Shown piece after piece: positions 1-7,351 of a stretch of 64,000 bases of DNA. Origin of the DNA: Candidatus Alloenteromonas pullicola (GTDB taxonomy: Bacteria > Bacillota_I > Bacilli_A > RFN20 > CAG-826); contig DVMV01000015.1 of assembly GCA_018714785.1 (NCBI GenBank), positions 732 to 64,731 of the forward strand, given 5' to 3'. Each line of letters starts with the position of its first letter. Positions within the stretch are counted from its first letter, which is position 1. Under the pieces are notes generated by a model. That model saw nothing but the letters and a program-made list of their open reading frames with translations. It had not been told where the DNA came from and did not search any database. Made by a program: the position numbers and the translations under genes.

Positions 1-2
1 TG

Positions 3-455
3 AAGAAATCTACCCTGGTTGGGAAATATTCGGCCTATATCAATGCCGGCATCCTCATCGTCTATTCCATCCTCGCCGCCATCAACATCGGCTGGGCCGA
101 TGAATCGGCGTTCGACGTCGTCGCCAGCGCCCTATATTCCATCGTCTATCTGATTGTGTCGATGTGCGTCATCGACATGATCAACCTGCGGAACAAGAAG
201 ATGAAGGTTGAGGTCGTAACCGACAACCCAGGCCTCGTCCAGGTCCTGATGGCCAACATACCGCACGGGGCGACCGTAATCCATGGCGAAGGGGCCTTCT
301 CCGGCCGGCAGAAGACCATCATCGAGATGGTCATCTCCTCTTACGAGCTAAGCCGGACTGTCAAGGTAATACGCGAGACCGATCCCAATACCTTCGTCGA
401 GGTGACCGAGCTAAAGCAGGTATACGGGCACTTCTACATCAAGCCGATAAAATAA
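3..455 (+). CDS. YitT-family membrane protein, C-terminal part with DUF2179 domain; the 5' end lies upstream of the window
   Basis: The frame is open from the window edge (KKSTLVGKYSAYINAGILIVYSILAAINIGW...) and continues into listed ORF 156..455. The tail VEVVTDNPGLVQVLMANIPHGATVIHGEGAFSGRQKTIIEMVISSYELSRTVKVIRETDPNTFVEVTEL is the typical DUF2179 end of YitT-like proteins. A terminator follows. Confidence 0.75.
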   Translation, partial: KKSTLVGKYSAYINAGILIVYSILAAINIGWADESAFDVVASALYSIVYLIVSMCVIDMINLRNKKMKVEVVTDNPGLVQVLMANIPHGATVIHGEGAFSGRQKTIIEMVISSYELSRTVKVIRETDPNTFVEVTELKQVYGHFYIKPIK

Positions 456-459
456 AAAA

Positions 460-483
460 GGCGAGCATTGCTCGCCGTTTTTT
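460..483 (+). terminator. Rho-independent terminator after the YitT-like gene
   Basis: Hairpin GGCGAGC-ATT-GCTCGCC followed by a T-run (GTTTTTTC), 5 nt after the TAA stop. Confidence 0.8.
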
Positions 484-488
484 CTTGC

Positions 489-580
489 TGGCGGAGAAGC
501 GGGGATTCGAACCCCGGCTGGAGCAGGGCCCCACTATCAGTTTTCGAAACTGACCCCTTCAACCGCTTGGGTACTTCTCC
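489..580 (-). tRNA. tRNA-Ser (anticodon CGA)
   Basis: The reverse complement reads GGAGAAGTACCCAAGCGGTTGAAGGGGTCAGTTTCGAAAACTGATAGTGGGGCCCTGCTCCAGCCGGGGTTCGAATCCCCGCTTCTCCGCCA. It has a 7-bp acceptor stem, anticodon stem TCAGT/ACTGA with loop TTCGAAA (anticodon CGA), a long class-II variable arm, T-loop TTCGAAT and an encoded CCA. Confidence 0.95.
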
Positions 581-690
581 GGGTCGCGGGGTTTATACTA
601 TCACCCTTCTTTCCTTTAGACAATCGAAAGTTGCCTATGTGGGCGTAAGTATGCGCGCGGGTGGGAAGTTGTGTTATCCTTATTCAGCAG

Positions 691-2424
691 ATGAACGCGT
701 TTTTGGATATGAAAATAGTCCCGATGCTGGCAATAGAGGCTTGCCTGCTGGCTTTGCTGATCGCCTTGCTCGCTTTCTTCCTTTCGGGCAAAAGCAAAAG
801 CCGCAAATACCGCGCCAGGCTCGTAGATTGCCGCAACGCCGTCTCAATTTACATACTCGACATCTCCCACAACAACGTGACCACCTTCAGCTCGAGTGGG
901 CTTTCCGAGGCCAGCCATTTCTCGCTTGGCGAATTCTATTCCCACTTCGCCTCCGACGAGCAGACCCGGGTCATCGAGTGGGTGAATTCGTTGCTGGATA
1001 AGGGGTCGGATGCCCCGGATTTCCTGGAGACCAACGTCCAGACCGAGGGCCCATCGAAGTCGAGGAAGCAGTTCTATTACCTTCTGCAGGTCGATCACGT
1101 CGATCGGAGGCGCCAGATAATCCATCTGCAGCGGCACAAGCTCAAGTACATCGTTCCCAAGAAATCCCCGAAGGACTTCAAGGGGACGTCGAACTCCAAG
1201 CAGGTCATCGCCGCGCTTAACGATTGCAAGAAGCGGGGCTTCACCGCCTGCTTCCGCTTCCAGTATAGGAAGATATCCGACAAGGACGCCGAGATTGAGC
1301 CGCTGATCTGGACCCACATCAAGACGACGCTTTATGGGCTCACCAAGCAGCGCAGGTACCTCCTTGAGGCCAGCCACAACGAGCTGCTCGTCTCCGACGT
1401 CAAGCTCTCAAGCAAGCAGGAAGCCAGCCATTTCGTGCATTCGTGCATCGCCGCGGTGAACCGTTACTTAGCTTTGTCCGGCTACCTATCGAAAATCGAC
1501 ATGAGGGTGGGGCTGGTCGGGCACCAGTTCTTCGATGGCAACGGCGAGGCGATACTCGATTACGCCAGGAAGACAGCCCAGATCGCCTTCGACGACGATG
1601 AGCAGATACTGGTCTACGAGAAGGGGCGCAAATCGGTCAACCCGCTCAACGACTCGAGCTACCGCACCGAGGTCGAGCGGATCATCAACGAGAAGCGGCT
1701 GAAGTATGAGTTCCGCCCGATATACAGCGCCAACTCAGCCTCCACCATCGGGTTCTTGACCCGCTGCAAGCCGGTCGACACCTACTTCGACTCGATAGAC
1801 GAGCTGAAGGATTACGCGGCGAGGACCGACGACCTCGGCGATCTGTTCTCCACCATCGCCAGGAACACCATGCCGCTATACGTCTCCGAGCGGCAAGACG
1901 ACAAACAGGCCCTCTTCTTCCCGGTCCGCACCGAGGAGAGGCCATACATGCTCACCACCTTCGCCAGGCTCCCCAAGGCCAAGACGAGCCGGATCGTGTT
2001 CCTCTTCAACGAGACCGACATCAAGGCCCACTTCAACCCGACCGCGCCGGGGGACATCTATTCCGACATGCGCTCGATCAAGGCCAAGGGGTACTCGGTC
2101 GCCTTGGAGCTCAACGAGGGCGAGCTCGGGCTGCCGACCACGGTCTACGACGCCTTCGACTTCTTCGTCTGCGACTTCATGTTCGCCGGCAACGCCAAGG
2201 ACATGGACGCCTTGGTGAGGAGCCAGCTCCACGTCATGGTCGAGAAGCTGCTCAAATACCACAAGCCAATCATCGCCAACGACATCGAGGGGTGGGCGTC
2301 GCTGGAGCTATTGGTCCGAAGCGGGCTCGACTTCATCTCGGCCGAGTGCTTCGCCCCCTACTCGGAGATGATATTGCCCGTCGCGCCAAAGGCGATAAAG
2401 CGGGTAGCCGAGTTCAAAAGATAG
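691..2424 (+). CDS. Membrane-anchored signalling protein with degenerate GGDEF-like and EAL-like domains
   Basis: Listed ORF 661..2424; I prefer the ATG at 691 (MNAFLDMKIVPMLAIEACLLALLIALLAFFL is an N-terminal TM helix). The C-terminal ~250 aa follow the EAL block order (EFRPIY, GFLTRC, FNETD, GYSVALELNEG, FFVCDFMF, IANDIEG), but the signature residues are substituted. Confidence 0.7.
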   Translation: MNAFLDMKIVPMLAIEACLLALLIALLAFFLSGKSKSRKYRARLVDCRNAVSIYILDISHNNVTTFSSSGLSEASHFSLGEFYSHFASDEQTRVIEWVNSLLDKGSDAPDFLETNVQTEGPSKSRKQFYYLLQVDHVDRRRQIIHLQRHKLKYIVPKKSPKDFKGTSNSKQVIAALNDCKKRGFTACFRFQYRKISDKDAEIEPLIWTHIKTTLYGLTKQRRYLLEASHNELLVSDVKLSSKQEASHFVHSCIAAVNRYLALSGYLSKIDMRVGLVGHQFFDGNGEAILDYARKTAQIAFDDDEQILVYEKGRKSVNPLNDSSYRTEVERIINEKRLKYEFRPIYSANSASTIGFLTRCKPVDTYFDSIDELKDYAARTDDLGDLFSTIARNTMPLYVSERQDDKQALFFPVRTEERPYMLTTFARLPKAKTSRIVFLFNETDIKAHFNPTAPGDIYSDMRSIKAKGYSVALELNEGELGLPTTVYDAFDFFVCDFMFAGNAKDMDALVRSQLHVMVEKLLKYHKPIIANDIEGWASLELLVRSGLDFISAECFAPYSEMILPVAPKAIKRVAEFKR

Positions 2425-2451
2425 AGTATGATTTGCAATTGAGGTCAATTT

Positions 2452-3891
2452 ATGGCAAACGCGACAAAGAAAAACGAATCGATAACCCCGCGGGACGTCG
2501 ACTTCGCCCAGTGGTACACCGATGTGTGCAAGAAGGCGGAGCTAATGGACTACTCCACCGTCAAGGGGTTCATCAACTACCTTCCATATTCATATTCCAT
2601 GTGGGAGGTCATCCAAGGGTATCTGAACAAGCGGTTCGCCGAGCACGGCTCGAGCAACGTCTACCTGCCGATGGTCATCCCCTCCTCGCTGTTCAACAAG
2701 GAGAAGGACCACATCGAGGGCTTCGCCCCCGAGACCTTGGTGGCCACCTATGGAGGCGGGGAGAAGCTATCCGATCCGCTGATCATCCGCCCGACCTCGG
2801 AGGTGCTTTTCTCCGATCTCTACAAGCGGCTCGTATCGTCCTACCGCGATCTACCGAAGATCTATAACCAGTGGTGCTCGGTCGTCAGGTGGGAGAAGAC
2901 CACCCGCCCGTTCTTACGCGGCTCGGAGTTCCTCTGGCAGGAGGGGCACTGCCTATTCGAGACCCGCGAGGAGGCCGAGAAGAACGCCAGGGACATGCTC
3001 AAGGTCTACGACGACCTCGGCAAGGACCTATTGGCCATCCCCTTCGTCAAGGGCATAAAGACTGACCACGAGAAGTTCGCCGGGGCGGTCGCCACCTACA
3101 CCATCGAGGCGCTCATGCACGATGGGAAGGCGCTGCAGTCCGGCACCACCCATTACCTGGGTCAGGGCTTCGCCGAGGCCTTCGGCATCCGCTACCTGGG
3201 AAGGTCGAATAAGCTCGAGGTCCCGCATCAGACCAGCTGGGGCGTCTCCACTAGGCTATTAGGGGCCATCATCATGGTCCACGGCGACGACAACGGACTT
3301 GTCTTGCCCCCGCGCGTCGCGCCGGTGCAGGTCGTCATCGTCCCGATCAAGATGGATGCTCCTGGCATCCTCGACAAGTGCCGCGAGATCAAGGACGCCC
3401 TCACCAAGATGGGCATCCGGGTCAAGCTCGACGATTCGGAGAAGACCCCGGGTTGGAAGTTCGCCGAATACGAGATGAAGGGCGTGCCGCTGCGTCTGGA
3501 GCTCGGGCCCCGCGACCTGCAGCAGGGCAACGTCTGCCTGGTGAAGCGGGTCAACGGCGAGAAGCGCGTCGCCCCCATCGAAGAGATTGAGAAGGCCATC
3601 CCCTCGATCCTCGACGAGATCCATGAGGATATGTACAAGAAGGCCCTCGACTTCCTGCATAGCCACATCAAGGAGGCCCACGACGTCGAGGAGCTCAAAG
3701 CTATCCTCAACGAAGGCGGGTACGCCAAGATGTGCTGGTGCGGCGACGAGGAGTGCGAGCTCAAGGTCAAGGAGATCACAGCCGGGGGGACCGCGCGGTG
3801 CATCGCCGAGGGCGAGGAGCCGTTCGACTCGACCTGCCCGATATGCGGCAAGAAGGCGACCAAGGTCGTCTACTTCGCCAAGGCCTATTGA
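2452..3891 (+). CDS. proS: Proline--tRNA ligase, archaeal/eukaryote-like short type (class II)
   Basis: The 479-aa product starts ...TPRDVDFAQWYTDVCKKAELMDYSTVKGFINYLPYSYSMWEVIQ. It has class-II core blocks, an anticodon-binding region and a C-terminal Cys cluster (CWCGDEECE...CPICG). Length and N-terminus match the ~480-aa ProRS type. Confidence 0.93.
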   Translation: MANATKKNESITPRDVDFAQWYTDVCKKAELMDYSTVKGFINYLPYSYSMWEVIQGYLNKRFAEHGSSNVYLPMVIPSSLFNKEKDHIEGFAPETLVATYGGGEKLSDPLIIRPTSEVLFSDLYKRLVSSYRDLPKIYNQWCSVVRWEKTTRPFLRGSEFLWQEGHCLFETREEAEKNARDMLKVYDDLGKDLLAIPFVKGIKTDHEKFAGAVATYTIEALMHDGKALQSGTTHYLGQGFAEAFGIRYLGRSNKLEVPHQTSWGVSTRLLGAIIMVHGDDNGLVLPPRVAPVQVVIVPIKMDAPGILDKCREIKDALTKMGIRVKLDDSEKTPGWKFAEYEMKGVPLRLELGPRDLQQGNVCLVKRVNGEKRVAPIEEIEKAIPSILDEIHEDMYKKALDFLHSHIKEAHDVEELKAILNEGGYAKMCWCGDEECELKVKEITAGGTARCIAEGEEPFDSTCPICGKKATKVVYFAKAY

Positions 3892-3898
3892 TAAGATG

Positions 3899-3930
3899 GC
3901 CCGGATGGAGATTGCATCCGGGCTTTTCTT
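3899..3930 (+). terminator. Rho-independent terminator after proS
   Basis: GCCCGGATG-N7-CATCCGGGC hairpin followed by TTTTCTT. Confidence 0.8.
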
Positions 3931-4018
3931 ACGCGAAAACGCCTATCGACGGTTATTGCCGGCAAATCGAGATTCCCTATTACTTTATTTTTCCGTCTGT
4001 TGTATTATTTACCGGCAC

Positions 4019-4111
4019 GGAGGCGTACCCAAGAGGCCGAAGGGGGCAGGTTGCTAACCTGTTAGGTCGGGATTTCCCGGCGCTCGAGTTCAAATCTCGA
4101 CGCCTCCGCCA
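4019..4111 (+). tRNA. tRNA-Ser (anticodon GCU)
   Basis: The sequence is GGAGGCGTACCCAAGAGGCCGAAGGGGGCAGGTTGCTAACCTGTTAGGTCGGGATTTCCCGGCGCTCGAGTTCAAATCTCGACGCCTCCGCCA. It has anticodon loop TTGCTAA (GCT), a long variable arm, T-loop TTCAAAT and an encoded CCA. Confidence 0.95.
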
Positions 4112-4121
4112 TATGAAATCA

Positions 4122-4145
4122 ATGCCGCTAAAGCGGCATTTTTCT
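4122..4145 (+). terminator. Rho-independent terminator after tRNA-Ser(GCU)
   Basis: ATGCCGC-TAAA-GCGGCAT hairpin followed by TTTTTCTT. Confidence 0.75.
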
Positions 4146-4272
4146 TATTTCCAGAGTCTTTTGGCATTTTATTGGCAACGTTTCATTCATCTAGAGTTTC
4201 CGATAAGTCCGCATCCGAACGCTTAGACGCAATCTGCATTGATTAGACGATTTCTTTGCAAGAAATCGGCAT

Positions 4273-4350
4273 AAAAAATGGCCCCAGTCATTAGGGGCCC
4301 CAGGCCATCGGCCGAAGCCGAGGGGAACGATCTGCGCCGTTCCTTAGTCC
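4273..4350 (-). ncRNA. Candidate small RNA of ~80 nt with three hairpins; family unknown
   Basis: On the minus strand, -35 TTGAAC (4385..4380), a 17-nt spacer and -10 TATATT (4362..4357) precede three hairpins. These are GGAACG-N8-CGTTCC, CGGC-UUCG-GCCG (a UUCG tetraloop) and GGCCCC-N8-GGGGCC followed by ATTTTTT. No credible ORF is present. Confidence 0.35.
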
Positions 4351-4356
4351 AAAACG

Positions 4357-4385
4357 AATATAGCAAATTGTCTGAAGCAGTTCAA
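4357..4385 (-). promoter_or_regulatory. Sigma-70-like promoter for the candidate small RNA
   Basis: TTGAAC - 17 nt - TATATT read on the minus strand. Confidence 0.4.
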
Positions 4386-4411
4386 GCCAATGTCGGATTG
4401 GTGATATGTAT

Positions 4412-4540
4412 AAAAAGAAAACCCCCACGCGAAGGCAGGGGGGAGTGTGTCGGGTGCCTAGGAGTACGACACAGTCCTGGGGATTACTAAGCCTTTCTCC
4501 AGGCGAGAATCTCGTGCGCAAGAGGACCGGGGATTCGGGT
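4412..4540 (-). ncRNA. Candidate structured RNA or leader of ~125 nt ending in an intrinsic terminator; family unknown
   Basis: The minus strand shows nested stems: GTCCT...AGGAC, CGAG-ATT-CTCG, and TGTGTCG-N13-CGACACA. The segment ends in CCCCCC...GGGGG followed by TTTTCTTTTT (4443..4412). No promoter could be assigned confidently. Confidence 0.25.
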
Positions 4541-4545
4541 ATACA

Positions 4546-4821
4546 ATGAAGGCGCTCTCCGGCAGGTACAAGATAATCGTGATCTATTGGCTTTCGGAGA
4601 GGAAGGTCATGCGCTACAGCGAGATAAAAAGATCTCTCGGGCGCATGACCCACAAGATGCTGAGCCAGACATCGAAGGAGTTAGAGCAAGCCGGGCTCGT
4701 CAATCAGCATGAATATCTCCAGGCGCCGCCGAAGGTTGAGTACAGCTTGACCGACGTGGCGATTGAGCTGGCCCCGATATTAGGACGGCTATGTGACTGG
4801 GGCGACCGGCACCGCAAATGA
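4546..4821 (+). CDS. HxlR-family winged-helix transcriptional regulator (short N-terminus)
   Basis: The 91-aa product SGRYKIIVIYWLSERKVMRYSEIKRSLGRMTHKMLSQTSKELEQAGLVNQHEYLQAPPKVEYSLTDVAIELAPILGRLCDWG matches the HxlR pattern (GKW..IL..L....RF.EL.R.I.GI..K.L...L..LE..GL..R......PP.VEY.LT). Confidence 0.85.
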   Translation: MKALSGRYKIIVIYWLSERKVMRYSEIKRSLGRMTHKMLSQTSKELEQAGLVNQHEYLQAPPKVEYSLTDVAIELAPILGRLCDWGDRHRK

Positions 4822-4846
4822 AGTTGAAATATAAACTCAAACAAAA

Positions 4847-4870
4847 CCCCGCATAATCCGCGGGGCTTTT
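4847..4870. terminator. Bidirectional terminator between the convergent hxlR-like gene and plsX
   Basis: CCCCGC-N7-GCGGGG hairpin flanked by AAAA on the 5' side and CTTTT on the 3' side. Confidence 0.75.
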
Positions 4871-4881
4871 GCGATTTCTAT

Positions 4882-5895
4882 TTATTTAGCGGCGGTTTGC
4901 AGGCTATTCGCGATCTTATCGCCTATCTTTGCGAGGATATCGCCATCCAATAGCCGCTTGGCCTCCAGAAGCGTTTCCCCGAACGTCTCGGCGTTGGCTT
5001 TGCCATGGCACTTGAGGACCAGCTTCTTGGTGCCTAGCAATGGGGCGCAGGCCTTCCTGGCGAATTCAAAGGGCTTCTTGACCGCCTTGAGGCCCTTTAT
5101 CTGGAACAAGGCCCCGAACTTGGTCAAGGCGTTTTTGAAGATGGCCTCCTTGAACATATCGGATATGTAGTAGCAGGCCTCTTCGGTCGACTTGATGAAG
5201 ACGTTGCCGGCGAACCCGTCGCAGACGATTACGTCGGCCTCGCCCTTTAAGACGTGGTCCCCTTCGATATTGCCGACGAAGTTCAGCCCGGCCCCTTTTA
5301 TCAGCTCGTGGGCGGCCTTGGTAAGTTCATTTCCCTTGCCTTCCTCCATGCCGACGTTGAGCAATCCGATGCGCGGGTTCTCTATCCCGATGCAGCGGAG
5401 GTAGGTGTCGGCCATCAACGCGAACTGCAGGAGGTATTCGGGCTTGCAGTCCATATTGGCCCCGGCGTCTAGCAGCCTCACGAGCTTCCCGGTCCTGGTC
5501 GGCAAAGTGGCCATCAGGCATGGGCGGCTCACGCCTTTTAGCCTTCCAAGGCGGAGTATTGCCCCGGTGAGGATGGCGCCGGTGGGGCCGGCGGAGACCA
5601 AGGCCCCGTATTCGTCCTTGCCCCTAAGCTCCTCGTAGGCTTTGGCGAGGCTCGAGTTCGGCTTCTGCTTGAGGAATAGCGACGGGTGGTCGGTGTTGAG
5701 CACCGCCTCGGCTGCGTCTATATAGCTGACGCGGCTTGCGTCGGCGCCGAGCCTCTCCAGCCCTTCCTTGGTGGTTTTGGCCGGGCCGATCGCCACGATC
5801 TCGATGTCTTTGTCTTTCCCTAGGGCGTAAGCGATGCCCTTTATGGCTTCTTCCGGCGCTTTGTCCCCGCCAAGGCAATCAAGTAGGATCTTCAT
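4882..5895 (-). CDS. plsX: Phosphate acyltransferase PlsX
   Basis: Homology starts at the internal Met of listed ORF 4882..6312 (MKILLDCLGGDKAPEEAIKGI...DAGANMDCKPEYLLQFALM...VCDGFAGNV...LKCHG). GAGGT lies 7 nt upstream of the ATG at 5895. The 139 codons upstream are non-homologous and overlap the divergent promoter region. Confidence 0.92.
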   Translation of the reverse strand: MKILLDCLGGDKAPEEAIKGIAYALGKDKDIEIVAIGPAKTTKEGLERLGADASRVSYIDAAEAVLNTDHPSLFLKQKPNSSLAKAYEELRGKDEYGALVSAGPTGAILTGAILRLGRLKGVSRPCLMATLPTRTGKLVRLLDAGANMDCKPEYLLQFALMADTYLRCIGIENPRIGLLNVGMEEGKGNELTKAAHELIKGAGLNFVGNIEGDHVLKGEADVIVCDGFAGNVFIKSTEEACYYISDMFKEAIFKNALTKFGALFQIKGLKAVKKPFEFARKACAPLLGTKKLVLKCHGKANAETFGETLLEAKRLLDGDILAKIGDKIANSLQTAAK

Positions 5896-6001
5896 ATGCG
5901 GTTTACCTCGATGGATATTTTGCGCTTCGCCCGGCTCGTTATTCAATCGTCGATGTGGCCGATGGCAGGAGTCGTACTCACTACATACCCGCGCGTAGGC
6001 G

Positions 6002-6010
6002 TGATATAAT
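6002..6010 (+). promoter_or_regulatory. Extended -10 promoter element (TGaTATAAT) placed 9 nt before the ATG
   Basis: TGATATAAT sits at 6002..6010 and the ATG at 6020, with no Shine-Dalgarno sequence between them. This implies a near-leaderless mRNA. Confidence 0.45.
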
Positions 6011-6019
6011 CCGCTGGCA

Positions 6020-7351
6020 ATGGAAAAGAGTTTAGACGAGCAAGCAATCGGCGAGTACATAAAGCACACCGCCAACAACGAGCTTGAAATAGTTTCATCC
6101 GGCAAGGCCGGCTGCCTTTCCTGTGGAAGGGTATTCGACGCCAGGGAGGTCAAGGAGTGGGACGATTCCGCCTCCAATTCGATATCGGCGCGGTGCCCGC
6201 ATTGCGGCATGGCCACGGTGGTGGGGGATGCTTCCGGGCTATCGGTGGACGAGCAGACCATCAAGGCGATATCCGAGGATCCAAAAGCGATATCGTTGTC
6301 CCACCGGGACATCTACGATTTCTGCGATGCCTACGTCAACGGCTTGGTCGAGGACAGCCAGAGCAACGAATCCCTGTTTTTGAAATACTGCGACTCCCTT
6401 TACCGCAAGGGCGACGTGCTGGCCGCGATGGACCTCGGCCGGTTCTACTTCTACGGGTCGAAGAACACCCCCGCCGATCTAGACAAGGCCTGGCATTATT
6501 TCTTCGCCAAGCGCCTCGACTACAACGAGGAGGCGCTCCGGTTTAGGGCCGACCTGCTTTCAACCGGCACCCCGCATCACCGCCGCAGCGAGGTTAGATG
6601 CGCCGAGACGCTCAACAAAGCCGTGCTGCTCGGCTCCGACCACGCCCTCTTCATGCTCGCCGACCTCTACGACGCCGGGGTCGGGGTTAAGATGGACCGC
6701 CAGCTGGCGCTTAGGATGTACATGAAGGCCTATGAGACTTTCTATAACCTATATTCCTCCAACGCCGCCAAGTTCGCCCTCCCGTTCGCCCACGTCTGCT
6801 ATAGGCTCTCCAACTTCTTCATCGACGGGGTGCTGACCGGGGTCGACATCGACCGGGCCGGGGCGCTGCTTACCATGGCAGATTACCTATATTCGAGCTC
6901 GTACAAGGCCGATGAGAAACCGATAGAGAGCATAAAGTCCTACATCCAGGCCTTCGGCGAGGCGCAGGGATGGAAGAAAGGGCAGATCGTCTATGATGAG
7001 GACACCTTCTGCGACACCATGATGATGTTCTCGACCCCGGTCATCGGGCAGATGACCAACATCTCCTTCTCCAAGGACGCCGGTACGCTTAGCTTCAATT
7101 TCTACATGCCTTTGCCTTACCTCGCCGTCGATATCGGCAATATGTGCTGCGAGCGGATAGAGGATGGGGTTGAGTTCACCTTCGGCGACGTCGAGTACGC
7201 CGATCTGCCAATCGAGGACGGCCATTTCGTCTTCATGACGATGCACGCCTACGCCGACGAGATCGACTTCTTCCTGGTCAACAACGGGGTCGAGGAGCAA
7301 ACACCCTGCGGCAAAGTCAAGTTCTCCCCATCCAGGAATCAGCAAAAATGA
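6020..7351 (+). CDS. Sel1-like repeat protein with an N-terminal zinc ribbon
   Basis: CLSCG...CPHCG gives a CxxC-N24-CxxC ribbon in the first 70 aa. Sel1/TPR-like repeats follow (AAMDLGRFYFYGSKNTPADLDKAWHYF; FMLADLYDAGVGVKMDRQLALRMYMKA). Confidence 0.7.
   Translation: MEKSLDEQAIGEYIKHTANNELEIVSSGKAGCLSCGRVFDAREVKEWDDSASNSISARCPHCGMATVVGDASGLSVDEQTIKAISEDPKAISLSHRDIYDFCDAYVNGLVEDSQSNESLFLKYCDSLYRKGDVLAAMDLGRFYFYGSKNTPADLDKAWHYFFAKRLDYNEEALRFRADLLSTGTPHHRRSEVRCAETLNKAVLLGSDHALFMLADLYDAGVGVKMDRQLALRMYMKAYETFYNLYSSNAAKFALPFAHVCYRLSNFFIDGVLTGVDIDRAGALLTMADYLYSSSYKADEKPIESIKSYIQAFGEAQGWKKGQIVYDEDTFCDTMMMFSTPVIGQMTNISFSKDAGTLSFNFYMPLPYLAVDIGNMCCERIEDGVEFTFGDVEYADLPIEDGHFVFMTMHAYADEIDFFLVNNGVEEQTPCGKVKFSPSRNQQK

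Noticed and set aside
468-1001. A 177-aa plus-strand ORF that starts inside the tRNA-Ser region.
   Set aside because: It overlaps the tRNA-Ser(CGA) gene and the 5' part of the better-supported 691..2424 gene in another frame. Its product is Arg/Pro-rich nonsense.
489-4111. Two tRNA-Ser genes in opposite orientation bracketing the EAL-like gene and proS. I considered whether they mark an integrated island.
   Set aside because: No integrase, direct repeat of a tRNA 3' end or compositional break is visible. The enclosed proS is a core housekeeping gene.
4162-4177. TGGCAT-N5-TGGCA, which resembles a sigma-54 -24/-12 promoter (consensus TGGCAC-N5-TTGCA).
   Set aside because: The -12 element has a mismatch at a conserved T. 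No enhancer-binding protein or rpoN is visible in the window, and a direct repeat of TTGGCA can arise by chance in a 400-nt AT-richer spacer. I kept it only as a note within the ncRNA-region finding.
5896-6312. The 139-codon N-terminal extension of the plsX ORF as listed (4882..6312).
   Set aside because: PlsX homology begins exactly at the internal Met (MKILLDCLGGD), which has a GAGGT site upstream. The extension has no homology. It runs through the divergent promoter region and into the Sel1-like gene on the other strand.
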